64,000 nucleotides of DNA from Candidatus Peregrinibacteria bacterium GW2011_GWF2_38_29 (GCA_000992695.1 LBUS01000004.1:17454-81453), one strand, 5' to 3'; numbered from the stretch's first letter, positions 52,974 through 63,376 are shown. The notes: generated from the sequence alone by a model not told the origin. A program made the numbers and translations.

Positions 52974-54450
52974 CGGGTTTTTGCTGATTAGGCTGATTTT
53001 TCAATACATACGGGCCAGGAGGAGTTAAACCTTTTTCCGGTAAAATTGATGTTATTGCACTTTCAGCAGATTTAAAAGAAACATCAAGTCTAGCTCCACC
53101 TACAACTGCTTGAATTGAAGATGCAATAGCATTCTTATAATAATCGTAATCAAGCACTAAAACGCTATCAGCAACTCCGGTTTGATATGCAAAAGCCGCA
53201 TAAACAGCATCAGCTTTCTGCTCCGGAATAAGATCAATACGACTTGTTGGCTTATGAGTTTTTGAATTATAAGCTTGAAGATTCTTTTTCGTTGTCAAAA
53301 ATTGAATAAGATTCCAAGATTCTCTTTGATATTTCGAATTTCTGGAAACCGTTTCAGCGTAATAAGAAGCAAGAGTTGTAGGTTTTTTTGTACTCAAAGC
53401 AGGATCCTCAACCTGTGGCAATTGCCCAATTTGAACAAAAGCTGAATCCATAACAGGCTGATTCTTGCCTTTCAAATCCTTAATTTTATCAGATATTTTC
53501 TGATAATAATCAGAAAAACCAAATATCATCGAAACCTTTCCTCTAGCAAAAGCATCAATTTCTTTATCGGAACCAACTGACTGAGCAATGTATTGATTCC
53601 ATGAATAATTCGCCTTTGTGGAATCAGCAAAAGAAGTATAAAGATTTAAGGCGCTAAGTCCTGGGGCTTTTGGATTATTATCAGCATCCATACCTTGCTG
53701 TGAAGCAATCGTGGAAGCTGTGTAATTTTCGTTATAAAATTTAGTTTCATATTGCAACATCAATGCATACAGAATTTCAATCGCATTATTTATATTATCA
53801 GCACGCCCAAGAGCAGCGCCGGAAACTTCAAATCTTTCAGCACTATTATTGGATTTTGTAAGCTTTGCGACGTCCTGTAGAAGAGCATTCCAAGTTACGG
53901 CAGGTTTTCCTCTTTCAGGAATTTTATCCAAAAAATGAGCCTTATTATAATAAACGGCTAATGAATCAACAAACATCGGCAAGCCATAAATTTGTAAAGT
54001 CTTCACACCGGCAGCATCTGTGAAAGGTCTAATCAAATCCTTTTCCGCAACATAAACGAATGTATTTTTAAAAGTTTCTATCGTCATTATCGTAGGTGAC
54101 ATCGGATTTATTTTCTTTTGATGTTTTGCAATCCAAGTATTTGGCATAGAAAAAATATCAGGACCACCGCCCTCAGCAAGCTCATTTAATATTCGATCTT
54201 CATACTTTTTAAGATCTGTAAATTGAACATAGTTTATTTCCACCAATTGATTCCCGGGAAGCGCTTTAAATTCATCAAAAAACGGCTTCATAACATCAAT
54301 GGAATCGTTCATTTTATAATACGTCAAAACAACTTTTTTAGGCGGAACATAAGCCTGTTGACTTTCTTTCGCACGACATCCGGAAAGCACAAACATCATC
54401 GAAAAAACCAAAAAAATAGAAACGTATTTTTTCATATTTGAGGGGTTCAT
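52954..54450 (-). CDS. Extracellular solute-binding lipoprotein (ABC family 1-like), with no transporter partners nearby
   Basis: Lipobox LSGC after the signal peptide. Sugar-type SBP-like length (498 aa) and a GGGPDIF motif. Confidence 0.7.
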   Translation of the reverse strand: MNPSNMKKYVSIFLVFSMMFVLSGCRAKESQQAYVPPKKVVLTYYKMNDSIDVMKPFFDEFKALPGNQLVEINYVQFTDLKKYEDRILNELAEGGGPDIFSMPNTWIAKHQKKINPMSPTIMTIETFKNTFVYVAEKDLIRPFTDAAGVKTLQIYGLPMFVDSLAVYYNKAHFLDKIPERGKPAVTWNALLQDVAKLTKSNNSAERFEVSGAALGRADNINNAIEILYALMLQYETKFYNENYTASTIASQQGMDADNNPKAPGLSALNLYTSFADSTKANYSWNQYIAQSVGSDKEIDAFARGKVSMIFGFSDYYQKISDKIKDLKGKNQPVMDSAFVQIGQLPQVEDPALSTKKPTTLASYYAETVSRNSKYQRESWNLIQFLTTKKNLQAYNSKTHKPTSRIDLIPEQKADAVYAAFAYQTGVADSVLVLDYDYYKNAIASSIQAVVGGARLDVSFKSAESAITSILPEKGLTPPGPYVLKNQPNQQKPATTPAK

Positions 54451-54459
54451 ATTTTAATT

Positions 54460-54556
54460 TTGTTATTAAGTTTTAAATTTAGTTTTAAGTTTTTTGATTG
54501 TGGCTTTAAGATTTAAAATGTGGTTTTGACTTTTGAGTTTTGCCTTTTGAGTTTTA
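54460..54556. repeat. Heptad/octad-periodic tract forming the leader of the solute-binding protein gene
   Basis: Minus sense: CTCAAAAG GCAAAA CTCAAAAG TCAAAAC CACA.. TTAAAG .. CTTAAAAC .. up to the ATG. A minus-strand TATAAT lies at 54566-54571 just upstream. Confidence 0.7.
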
Positions 54557-54766
54557 TTTACACTTATTATAACGCTTTACCGGGCAATTTTCACACTCTT
54601 CTGATTTTCCACAATTACGAGATGTATTAAAATAAGCCGCCGACATAAGTCTTTTAATATCCTTTGATTTACACTTAGTACAAGCCAAATCAAGCTTTCT
54701 ACCTGACAGAACAAGCTCTTCAAAAACAGTTAAACACTTCTCACATTGAAACTCAAAAATTGGCAT
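54554..54766 (-). CDS. FmdB-family zinc-ribbon protein
   Basis: MPIFEFQCEKC...CTKCKS pattern. The start is set at 54766; the longer ORF to 54895 overlaps the upstream GT2 gene. Confidence 0.7.
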   Translation of the reverse strand: MPIFEFQCEKCLTVFEELVLSGRKLDLACTKCKSKDIKRLMSAAYFNTSRNCGKSEECENCPVKRYNKCK

Positions 54767-54773
54767 ATTTCTA

Positions 54774-55703
54774 TTATACCTTGCCTTTATTTGAACGCAA
54801 ACCTTGAAGGAAATATTTTTTGGAAAGAGCGTAATAATAAAAATAATGCCAATGACGGCCACCTTTTTTACGTAAAAAATCAAAAACAGCCACAACCGGC
54901 TTTGAACCTATACAGCCAAAAATTGTTCTTTTAATAAAATTCGGATATTTATTTAATTCCGGATATTTTTTATGAAGAATATGTAGAGAAGAACCAATCA
55001 ACTTCATTCGCGACTCAAGCGAGCTCTCTTCAAGTGGATGAAAATGATAGGCAAGAGCTTTTGGATTGTAATAAATAACAAGTTTTTTATTTTTTGTAAG
55101 GCGATAACCAAATTCAATGTCCTCCCAACCATATTCCTGAAAACTTTCATCAAAACGCATATCTTTCAAAAACGATCTCTTAAAAGACAAATTCGCATAA
55201 AAAAAGTTAAAATCAGCGGTCTTCTTGCCGGAAAGCTTTTCATATGCGGTTAAATGCCCACCAAATTTTCCAAAAATAAGCGAACCGTTGTTCATAAATT
55301 CAACATAAGGCGTTCTTTCAATGCGAGGATCCATCAAGATAAGTCCAAGCACAGCTTCATTTTCTTTTATATACTGGCGATGAAACTTCATGTGCTCGGA
55401 CAAAAGATTGGAAGTGGGCAAAATATCGTCATTAATAAGCAAAACGATATCGCCTTCAGCGTTATCAAGACCTTTATTGCGCGCAACGCCTTGTCCAAGA
55501 TTTTTTTGATAAAAATATTTTATCTGAACAGGAGTGTCTTTAGCGATTTCATCAACAACATCTCTTGCAACTGCCGAACCACCATCATTAATCACAATTA
55601 TTTCATATTCCGATTTAACAAAATTCTGATTAATAAGGCGCTCCAAACATTCACGTAAAATGTCCGGACGATTAAAGGTTGGTATAATAACGCTGATCTG
55701 CAT
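54774..55703 (-). CDS. Glycosyltransferase family 2
   Basis: ISVIIPTFNRPDILRECLERL and DGGS..LINDDI (DxD) motifs. Confidence 0.88.
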   Translation of the reverse strand: MQISVIIPTFNRPDILRECLERLINQNFVKSEYEIIVINDGGSAVARDVVDEIAKDTPVQIKYFYQKNLGQGVARNKGLDNAEGDIVLLINDDILPTSNLLSEHMKFHRQYIKENEAVLGLILMDPRIERTPYVEFMNNGSLIFGKFGGHLTAYEKLSGKKTADFNFFYANLSFKRSFLKDMRFDESFQEYGWEDIEFGYRLTKNKKLVIYYNPKALAYHFHPLEESSLESRMKLIGSSLHILHKKYPELNKYPNFIKRTIFGCIGSKPVVAVFDFLRKKGGRHWHYFYYYALSKKYFLQGLRSNKGKV

Positions 55704-55712
55704 GCCACAATA

Positions 55713-56084
55713 CTACTCCTCAACTTCCTTCAATACAACGTCTTCAACCTTACCATCCTTTGATTTAAGCCAATCAAGGACGTTCAAACTATCAAGGACA
55801 ATCTCCGTCATATACTTCTTCTCTCCGCGATGATCATCAAACGCTCGATTCATTAAACGACCTTCAAGATAAACTCCCATCCCCTTCTTCAAAATCTTTA
55901 CGCAGGTATCGGCCATTCCCTGCCACGCAACGATTCTTTGATAATCAGTTGTGTGAGATTTTTGTCCATCTGAGCTTTTCCAATCGCGATTTATCGCAAC
56001 CGGGAAAAAGCACACATTTTTTCCTGTAGTTGTTGTACGCTGCTCAGGATCAGCGGCCAATCTTCCGATCAGCATAACCTTATT
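55713..56084 (-). CDS. ssb: Single-stranded DNA-binding protein (short, without the canonical acidic C-terminal tip)
   Basis: MNKVMLIGRLAADPE... OB fold. It ends in ..VVLKEVEE, not ..DDDIPF. Confidence 0.85.
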   Translation of the reverse strand, partial: NKVMLIGRLAADPEQRTTTTGKNVCFFPVAINRDWKSSDGQKSHTTDYQRIVAWQGMADTCVKILKKGMGVYLEGRLMNRAFDDHRGEKKYMTEIVLDSLNVLDWLKSKDGKVEDVVLKEVEE

Positions 56085-56205
56085 CATGCTACGCATAGAA
56101 ATTGGGTTAAATAATATTAACCGGATTTTAGCGCATCGAGATTAAATTCCTCTAAACCAAACTTAAATTTTTCATAAACTCTGAAATATGATAGGCTGTA
56201 AGCGC

Positions 56206-56799
56206 ATGTTCACAGGAATAATTAAAGAAATCGGCACAGTTTTGGATGTCAAAAAAATCGGCAAAAACCGCATATTTAAGATTACGGCAAAATTACAGAA
56301 TAAACTCCAAATCGGATCTTCAATTGCAATAAATGGCACCTGTACGACAATAATAAATAAAACTCCAAAATATTTTGAATTTGAAATAATGCCCGAAACT
56401 CTTAATAAAACAAACCTAGAATCGTTAAAAGCTAATTCAAAAGTAAATCTTGAGTCCTCTTTGAGGCTTGGAGATGACATTAGCGGACATTTTGTTCTTG
56501 GACATGTTGATGCAACTGCGAAATTAAAAAAACTTAAAAAATATAAAGATTATTCAATTTTTGAAATCGAAACACCAAAACAACTTAAAAAATTTATTGC
56601 ATTAAAAGGAAGCATAACGATAAATGGAATAAGCTTAACCGTGTCAGAAGTAAAAGAAAAAACCTTTGAAGTATCATTAATCCCCTTCACCTTAAAACAC
56701 ACAACTCTCGGCACAATAAAAGAAAGAGACAAATTAAATATAGAAGTCGACGTATTCGCCAGATACATGGAAAATTTTAAACAAAATGTCAAAATTTGA
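56206..56799 (+). CDS. ribE: Riboflavin synthase alpha chain
   Basis: MFTGIIKEIGTV start and two lumazine-binding repeats (..GSSIAINGTCTT.., ..GSITINGISLTV..). Confidence 0.9.
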   Translation: MFTGIIKEIGTVLDVKKIGKNRIFKITAKLQNKLQIGSSIAINGTCTTIINKTPKYFEFEIMPETLNKTNLESLKANSKVNLESSLRLGDDISGHFVLGHVDATAKLKKLKKYKDYSIFEIETPKQLKKFIALKGSITINGISLTVSEVKEKTFEVSLIPFTLKHTTLGTIKERDKLNIEVDVFARYMENFKQNVKI

Positions 56800-57241
56800 A
56801 CCAAAAATACCGATAAGCAAAACCAATAAAAACCTAAAAATAGGCATTATACTGCCATATTTCAATGAACATATTGGGCTAAAACTTTATAAAAAAATTC
56901 ATGAAACTCTTGTTGAAAACGGAGTCAAAAAAACAAATATTAAGCTTATTCGCGTTCCAGGCGCGCTTGAAATTCCATTCGCAGCACTACAAATGGCAAA
57001 ATCAAAAAAGATTGATTCAATAATAGCAATTGGCGCAGTAATTAAAGGGAAAACCGACCATTATTATAACGTCAGCAAAGAATCTTATCGCGGACTCATG
57101 GATATATCTTTAAAATATGAAATCCCGATTATAAACGGAATATTAACAGTAAATAACGAAAAACAAGCGCTTGAAAGAATCAAAAATGGAGAACTTTATG
57201 CTAAAAGCGCAATCTTGATGAGCAACTTGAAAGTTGTATAA
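56786..57241 (+). CDS. ribH: 6,7-dimethyl-8-ribityllumazine synthase
   Basis: VPGALEIPFAA and the G.VIKG.T.HY motif. 151 aa. Confidence 0.9.
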   Translation: MSKFEPKIPISKTNKNLKIGIILPYFNEHIGLKLYKKIHETLVENGVKKTNIKLIRVPGALEIPFAALQMAKSKKIDSIIAIGAVIKGKTDHYYNVSKESYRGLMDISLKYEIPIINGILTVNNEKQALERIKNGELYAKSAILMSNLKVV

Positions 57242-57267
57242 TTACATCAACATAACCCTCTTTCAAT

Positions 57268-58458
57268 ATGAAACATCGAACTTTAAAAGATCTAAAAGAC
57301 GTAAAGGGAAAACGCATTTTAGTTCGCGTTGATTTTAACGTACCAGTAGATGAAAAAGGAAATGTAACAGAAGATTCGAGAATCAGAAAAGCTCTTCCAA
57401 CAATAAAACACCTTCTTGATAAAGGCGCAAAACTCATTCTCATGAGCCATTATGGAAGACCTGAAGGGCAAGTCTTAGATGATTTTAGATTAAATCCAGC
57501 GGTCTCTACGCTTGAAAAATTACTTGGCAAAAAAATCCGAAAACTCGATGAATGCACAGGAGGATTCGTACAAAAAGTTGTAAAAGAAATGAAAGACGGA
57601 GATGTTGTTTTGCTTGAAAACACAAGATTTCATCCCGGAGAAGAAGGAAATCACCCAGATTTTGCAAAAGAACTCGCTTCACTCGGTGAAATTTACGTTA
57701 ACGACGGATTTGGCGTCATACATAAAGCTCACGCATCTGTTTCAGGGATTACGCAGCACCTTCCTTCATACATGGGACTTCTTGTCGAAAATGAACTTAA
57801 ATACCTAACACATCTTATGGAAGAGCCGAAAAGACCATATACAATCGTAATGGGTGGCGCAAAAATTAAAGATAAAATTGGACTCATCAAAAACTTAATG
57901 AAAAAAGCTGATTACATTCTTATTGGCGGAGGAATCGCAAACACATTTTTAGCCGCTCAAGGTTTTGATGTAGGGCAATCCCTATGCGAAAAAGACAAGA
58001 TTCAAGTAGCACAAGAAATACTAATTGCAGCTGAAAAGTTAAAAGTAGAAATCATTCTGCCGTCAGACGTTGTTGTCGCAACCTTGCCAAGTGATAACGC
58101 TGTCACAATGGACATTCCGGTTGAAGACGTTGAGGGTGATATGAAAATTTTCGATATTGGTTCAAAAACAACAGAAAAATATAAAAAAATCCTCGAAAAA
58201 TCCAAAACAATTTTCTGGAATGGGCCAATGGGGTTATATGAATACAAGCCATTCGGAAAAGGAACAAAAGAAATTGCAGCAGCAATAGCAAAAAACAAAG
58301 GAACAACAGTCATAGGAGGCGGAGACTCTGTTGATGCTCTCAAAAGATTCAAATTCGACGAAAAGCATTTCTCACATATTTCAACAGGTGGAGGCGCGTC
58401 TTTATCGTTCCTTGAAGGAAAAGAATTACCCGGAGTAAAAGCTCTTATCGAGAAATAA
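57268..58458 (+). CDS. pgk: Phosphoglycerate kinase
   Basis: RVDFNVP, SHYGRP, and FWNGPMG..STGGGASL motifs. 396 aa. Confidence 0.95.
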   Translation: MKHRTLKDLKDVKGKRILVRVDFNVPVDEKGNVTEDSRIRKALPTIKHLLDKGAKLILMSHYGRPEGQVLDDFRLNPAVSTLEKLLGKKIRKLDECTGGFVQKVVKEMKDGDVVLLENTRFHPGEEGNHPDFAKELASLGEIYVNDGFGVIHKAHASVSGITQHLPSYMGLLVENELKYLTHLMEEPKRPYTIVMGGAKIKDKIGLIKNLMKKADYILIGGGIANTFLAAQGFDVGQSLCEKDKIQVAQEILIAAEKLKVEIILPSDVVVATLPSDNAVTMDIPVEDVEGDMKIFDIGSKTTEKYKKILEKSKTIFWNGPMGLYEYKPFGKGTKEIAAAIAKNKGTTVIGGGDSVDALKRFKFDEKHFSHISTGGGASLSFLEGKELPGVKALIEK

Positions 58459-60768
58459 AACTTTTGCCGGCAATTTTTCCCTCTACAAATAAACGATTCT
58501 TTGCAAATCTTTCACGTGAGTTATAAATAATTTTTCCACGATTAGATTTTTGCAAAGACGGTTCTGGAGCCAATGTTTTCACGGAAAAAGGCCTCGACGG
58601 CATCCCATCAATCAAAAGCTTAATATAAGCGCTATATTTAGGCAAAAACATAATATCATCCGTAGAAACAGCTTCACCAAATTGAGACGAAATGATTTCC
58701 GCATCGGTAAATCCTGATTGAAAAGCAACAATCGTCCCAACGTTACCAAAAATGGCATCACGCGCAGATTCATGCATTTGTGAAATATACTGGTTAGCAA
58801 GCGTTAAATTAAGCTTATATTTTCTCGCCTCAGATAAAATATTTGAAAAAGCATCAGTCGCAAAATTCTGAAATTCATCAATATATAAATAAAAGTCGTT
58901 ACGCAAATTTTCTGAAATATCAGCCCTGCTCATCGCATCAATATAAAACTTTGTAATCAAAATCGAGCCCAAGAAAGCACTCGCGTCCTCCCCTATTTTG
59001 CCTTTTGATAAATTAATTATTATGATTTTTCGATTATCCATAATAAAACGCAAATCAAGCTTTGTTTTTGGCTGACACAAAATATTTCTAATAATCGGAT
59101 TTGCGATAAATTGACCAACTTTATTAAGAATCGGTGAAACAATTTCCGGCCTTTTTGATATTTCAAAATCGCATCCTTCAGCTGAAAAATAATATTTTGT
59201 CGAAACAAATCATCTTGAAAAATTCTTATCAAAGACATCAAAGTTGAATCCGGAATTTCAAGTAAAGTCAAAATCGCATTTCGTAAAATATACTCAAGGC
59301 GTGGACCCCAACTTTCAGCATACATCTTCTTAAAAACTCCAACAATTCCTGAAGCAACAATCGGAGTCAACGAATGATTCTTAGCCTCAAAAATATTAAA
59401 ACCAATTGGAAAGTCCAAATCACATGGATTAAAAAAAATAACGTCATTAATACGATTTGCAGGCACAAAATCAAGGATGTTCTCAGCCAAATCTCCATGC
59501 GGATCAATGAGTCCAAAACCATTCCCAGCCTTTATATCCGAAATCATCATATTTTTAATCAAAGTCGACTTACCCATCCCAGTTTTCCCAAGAATATAAA
59601 CATGGCGACGTCTATCTGAAGGCAAAATTCCAACTTTTTTATTAACATCACGAAAATTCGTTTCACCCAAAATCAAATCTGAATTCAGAAGATTGCTCGG
59701 CGGCGACAATGTTTTTGATTTAACATAAGAGATTCCGGGGATTGAAATATCTATCCCCGGCAAATGCCATATTGTAGCCAATTCTTCAATATTCAAAATA
59801 AAATCGCATTCATGATCAACAACTTTAAAACTATTCAAATATGGCAAATTAAACTGATAAAACGACGAAGCTATTTGAAAAATCTGCGCACGCGTACTAC
59901 TAAAAATCTTTATTGAAACTTCAAACATAGGCTTACTCACTTTATCAATTGCAGCATCCGCCTTACTCTCACGCTCATGAATGCGCGACGTCTTTTCTTC
60001 AACATCATCAATATGGGTTTTTAGCTTTATTTCGGCCAAAAGCCCAAAAACAAAAAATAAAATATAAACCGGAAAAAACACAATTTTATAAATACATTTA
60101 CGTGTACAAAATGCATTTATAAAACTCTTTGCAACAAACTCAAAATTCATCAACGCGTTACGACCATACATTCGTATACATTTCATGTATTTCCGCCTCA
60201 TAGAATCACCAAGAGGCTTTATCTTTATCTCAACGCAAGAACCAGTAATTTTCGATAAAGAAGATAAAATAGCAGCAATCGGATCAATATAAACACGCTT
60301 GATCCTATCTTCAAACTGCGGATAACGTTTTATAGGAAAAATGTCGGTAAAATTAAGCGCCAAATTCATAGAGAAATCACCAAGCTTAAAACCATCACAC
60401 TCAAAATCATCCATGCAAACAATTTCTGCATCAGGATAGTGCGCATAAATTTGCGCTTCCAAGAACGGCAAAACGCCATTATCCGCCTTCACAAAAAATA
60501 TAATTTCCCCACCAATATTCGCGATATAAAGTCCAACAATGGATTCCACGGCATGTAAAGCAGCAAAAACCTGCTCAGCGGAAATTGGACCGATTTCTGA
60601 ATTTCTTGGTACGTATATGCGAAAAACCCGCACTTTATTGCTAGGACTGCTCAAACGATTTAATAAAAATTTAATCTTTTTTACAGAAAAATTTAATGCA
60701 AAAATTCCGGTAACGAATATCAAGTAAATGATCAATGTTCGTACCAAAATTTCAATTAAGCTCTGCAT
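58445..60768 (-). pseudogene. TraD/VirD4/TrwB-like (T4SS coupling-protein-type) ATPase, interrupted by a frameshift
   Basis: Walker A GKTGMGKST lies in the 582 aa ORF (59020-60768). Walker B LYIDEFQNF lies in the 211 aa ORF (58445-59080). The two frames overlap, and the conserved ..EIVSPILNKVGQFIANPIIRNILCQ.. continues in the second frame upstream of its first Met. The switch point is near the A5 run (plus-strand T5 at 59152-59156). Confidence 0.7.
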
Positions 60769-61183
60769 TTAATTTATCCAAATAAACCTGAAGAAATATT
60801 GTAGCCGAAATTGAATCTTTAAGCCCTTGTTTGCGACTTTTCCTTATTCCGGCATCATTCATATATTTATGCGCCTGAACTGTCGTATACCTCTCATCCT
60901 CCAAAATAACAGCAATATTAAGCTCATCCTTCAAACGGGCACAAAAGTCATCAACCTTTTCTATTATATTCGTTCTTTCACCTTTAAAACCAACGGGATA
61001 GCCCAAAACAATAGCTTTTATTGAATTTTCATCACAAATAGAAGCAATCTTCTCAAGGACTCCATCATAGCCATTATTTTCAATCGGATCACGCGGCAAC
61101 GCAATTTTACAGTCAGAATCGCTTATAGCAACACCAACCCTCTTTAAACCAAAATCAATACCAAGTATTCGAGTTTTTTGCAT
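60752..61183 (-). CDS. ruvX: Holliday-junction-resolvase-like nuclease RuvX/YqgF
   Basis: ILGIDFGLKRVGVAISD motif. 143 aa. Confidence 0.9.
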   Translation of the reverse strand: MQKTRILGIDFGLKRVGVAISDSDCKIALPRDPIENNGYDGVLEKIASICDENSIKAIVLGYPVGFKGERTNIIEKVDDFCARLKDELNIAVILEDERYTTVQAHKYMNDAGIRKSRKQGLKDSISATIFLQVYLDKLNAELN

Positions 61184-61189
61184 GAAAAA

Positions 61190-61642
61190 TTATTCCTGCG
61201 TAGCTTTGACCTCAATCTTAACATCCGCGTCTACGCCTTCGACAATTCGAACAGCAACATTAACTTTGCCGACATCTTTAAGGTGATCTTTAAGCAAAAC
61301 CTGAGCCTCTGTAAGCTCAATACCATCTTGCTTTTTAATTTCATCAACGATATTTTGAGCTGAAATCGAACCAAATAATTTGCCTTTCTTGGAAGCTTTT
61401 TTCTCGAAAGTAATAACCAAACCTTCAAGTCTGGTTTTAACTTCCATGGCTTTTTTCTTCATCTCTTCGTGTTCAATAACCATTTTTTTCATTCTTCCTT
61501 CAGCAACCCTGATTCCACCGGGAGTAGCAACGACTGCCATAGCTTTTGGATATAAGAAATTGCGAAAATAACCGTCTTTTACACGTTTTAATTCGCCTCT
61601 TTTGCCGAGTTTCGGCACATTTTTTGTCAAAATTACCTGCAT
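61190..61642 (-). CDS. rplI: 50S ribosomal protein L9
   Basis: MQVILTKNVPKLGKRGELKRVKDGYFRNFLYP signature. Confidence 0.93.
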   Translation of the reverse strand: MQVILTKNVPKLGKRGELKRVKDGYFRNFLYPKAMAVVATPGGIRVAEGRMKKMVIEHEEMKKKAMEVKTRLEGLVITFEKKASKKGKLFGSISAQNIVDEIKKQDGIELTEAQVLLKDHLKDVGKVNVAVRIVEGVDADVKIEVKATQE

Positions 61643-61713
61643 ATTTAATTGTTTTAAAAATTATAGCGCCATAAATAAATACCCTAAAAATCCCTAGTTG
61701 TAAAGGCAATTTG

Positions 61714-63372
61714 TTAAAATTTTCCTAACAAAAAGCTAAACCGATCAGCACTAAATACCATTCCGGAAAGCTCGAAAACGTTAACATTTGGCCCATAAAC
61801 ATAATAATACATCGGCCTAAACAAGAAAATTCCAGGCATATCCTCTCTAAAAGTATTAACAATTTGAGACAATCTATCGGTTTTTTTACCTTTACCGGAA
61901 ATTTCGCGCAGGCTCTCAATCAGCCTATCTGTTGAAGGATTAGAATAATTTGAAAAATTAAGCCCGCCTGAAGAGTCTTCGCGCTTTGCAATTTGACTTG
62001 AATGCCAAAATGAAAATAAATCCATATTATAAGAAAAACTTTCACCGGCAATCAAAGCGTCATAGCTACCGGCTTTAATTGCGTCATTAAAATCACCGGA
62101 TTCAAGAGCAATGATTTCAGCTTTAACGCCAAGTTCAAGCCACTTTTGAGATATGTAATTTGAAATTTGAGTCATTTGATCATCAAGCTTTTGGTTCTGA
62201 GGATATTTTCTTATTAAAAGCTGAATAGATAATTCTTCACCTTCTTTGTTTTTACGATATTGATCACCTTTTTTAAGCTTAAAACCTTCATCATCAAGGT
62301 ATTTTCCAGAAGTTATAATGTCATATTTATAAAATTTACCACTCAAATCAGCTTCAAAAATTCCTATCTTTACAGGATCATAACCTGGAAATCTTGCAAC
62401 AAGCTCATCTTGATCAATAGATTTTGCAAGAGCTAACCTAACCTTCTTTTTACCAATAGAACCTTCGTCAGTATTAAAGAAAAGACCTGTATATTGAGGC
62501 AAAGTATAGCTAACAACTTTCATCATCGGATCAATTTTTAATACCTCAGATAATTCATAACTTGCTTTTGGAATAGCGTCCAAATCAGCAATATTCTTAA
62601 TCAATAAATCATTATTAGCAAAAATCAAAAATATAATTTGACTAATATTTGGCTTTTGCCCATAAAAATCATCAAATCTATCAAAAACAACTTTAATTGC
62701 ATTGTCGGAAGTTATTTTATAATCACTCATCTTAAAGATTCCAGTTCCAACAGGATTTCTATTAAAATCCGCACAATTTATTAAATCCTTAACCTCTTTA
62801 TCTTTAAAAATATGATAAGGCAAAATACCGGTAACCATATCTGAAACAAGATACGAATTTGGGGATTTTAAACGAAAAGCAACGGTTTTATCATTAAGCT
62901 TTTCAATCACGACTCCATCAAACGCAGCTTTTATAATAGGATTTTGAAAATCCTCATGCTGAATAACATCATGATAAGTAAAATAAACATCTTGAGCTGT
63001 AAAAGTCTCTCCGTCGTGCCATTTAACACCATCTCTGACTGTGAATGTATAAAGCAATTTATCATCAGAAACTGTAAAATCCGCTAAATCAGACACAAAA
63101 TCTTTCGTAACAGGATCATATTTAACAAGTCCGGAAAAAAGCAATCTCGACACATCACGATCAATCTCGTTCAAATCAGCTAAAACAGGATTTATACAAC
63201 CAACTTTTCCAATGAGCCCTTCTGTATAAGTTTTATCGGAAACAGACGACGGTACATAAGAAATCGCAACTATCGCATATACAAAAACTGCAATAAAAAC
63301 CACGCTCAAAACTTTTTCAATCAACGAATAAGTTTTCAGGGTCGCAAAAACCCATGAAAATATACGTTTCAT
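61714..63372 (-). CDS. Solute-binding protein family 5 (peptide/nickel type), membrane-anchored, with no transporter partners nearby
   Basis: N-terminal TM anchor and the SBP_bac_5 pattern (..LVKYDP.., ..VKWHDGETFTAQDV..). 552 aa. Confidence 0.75.
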   Translation of the reverse strand: MKRIFSWVFATLKTYSLIEKVLSVVFIAVFVYAIVAISYVPSSVSDKTYTEGLIGKVGCINPVLADLNEIDRDVSRLLFSGLVKYDPVTKDFVSDLADFTVSDDKLLYTFTVRDGVKWHDGETFTAQDVYFTYHDVIQHEDFQNPIIKAAFDGVVIEKLNDKTVAFRLKSPNSYLVSDMVTGILPYHIFKDKEVKDLINCADFNRNPVGTGIFKMSDYKITSDNAIKVVFDRFDDFYGQKPNISQIIFLIFANNDLLIKNIADLDAIPKASYELSEVLKIDPMMKVVSYTLPQYTGLFFNTDEGSIGKKKVRLALAKSIDQDELVARFPGYDPVKIGIFEADLSGKFYKYDIITSGKYLDDEGFKLKKGDQYRKNKEGEELSIQLLIRKYPQNQKLDDQMTQISNYISQKWLELGVKAEIIALESGDFNDAIKAGSYDALIAGESFSYNMDLFSFWHSSQIAKREDSSGGLNFSNYSNPSTDRLIESLREISGKGKKTDRLSQIVNTFREDMPGIFLFRPMYYYVYGPNVNVFELSGMVFSADRFSFLLGKF

Positions 63373-63376
63373 ATTT

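Noticed and set aside
54554-54895. 113 aa ORF with a hydrophobic N-terminal extension.
   Set aside because: The extension overlaps the 3' end of the GT2 gene (which ends at 54774). The FmdB zinc-ribbon homology begins at MPIFEFQCEKC (54766).
56097-56205. FMN (RFN) riboswitch upstream of ribE, or upstream of ribBA/ribD.
   Set aside because: The spacer is about 110 nt, AT-rich, and lacks the conserved GC-rich RFN core helices. ribBA has no upstream spacer at all, since it overlaps tsf.
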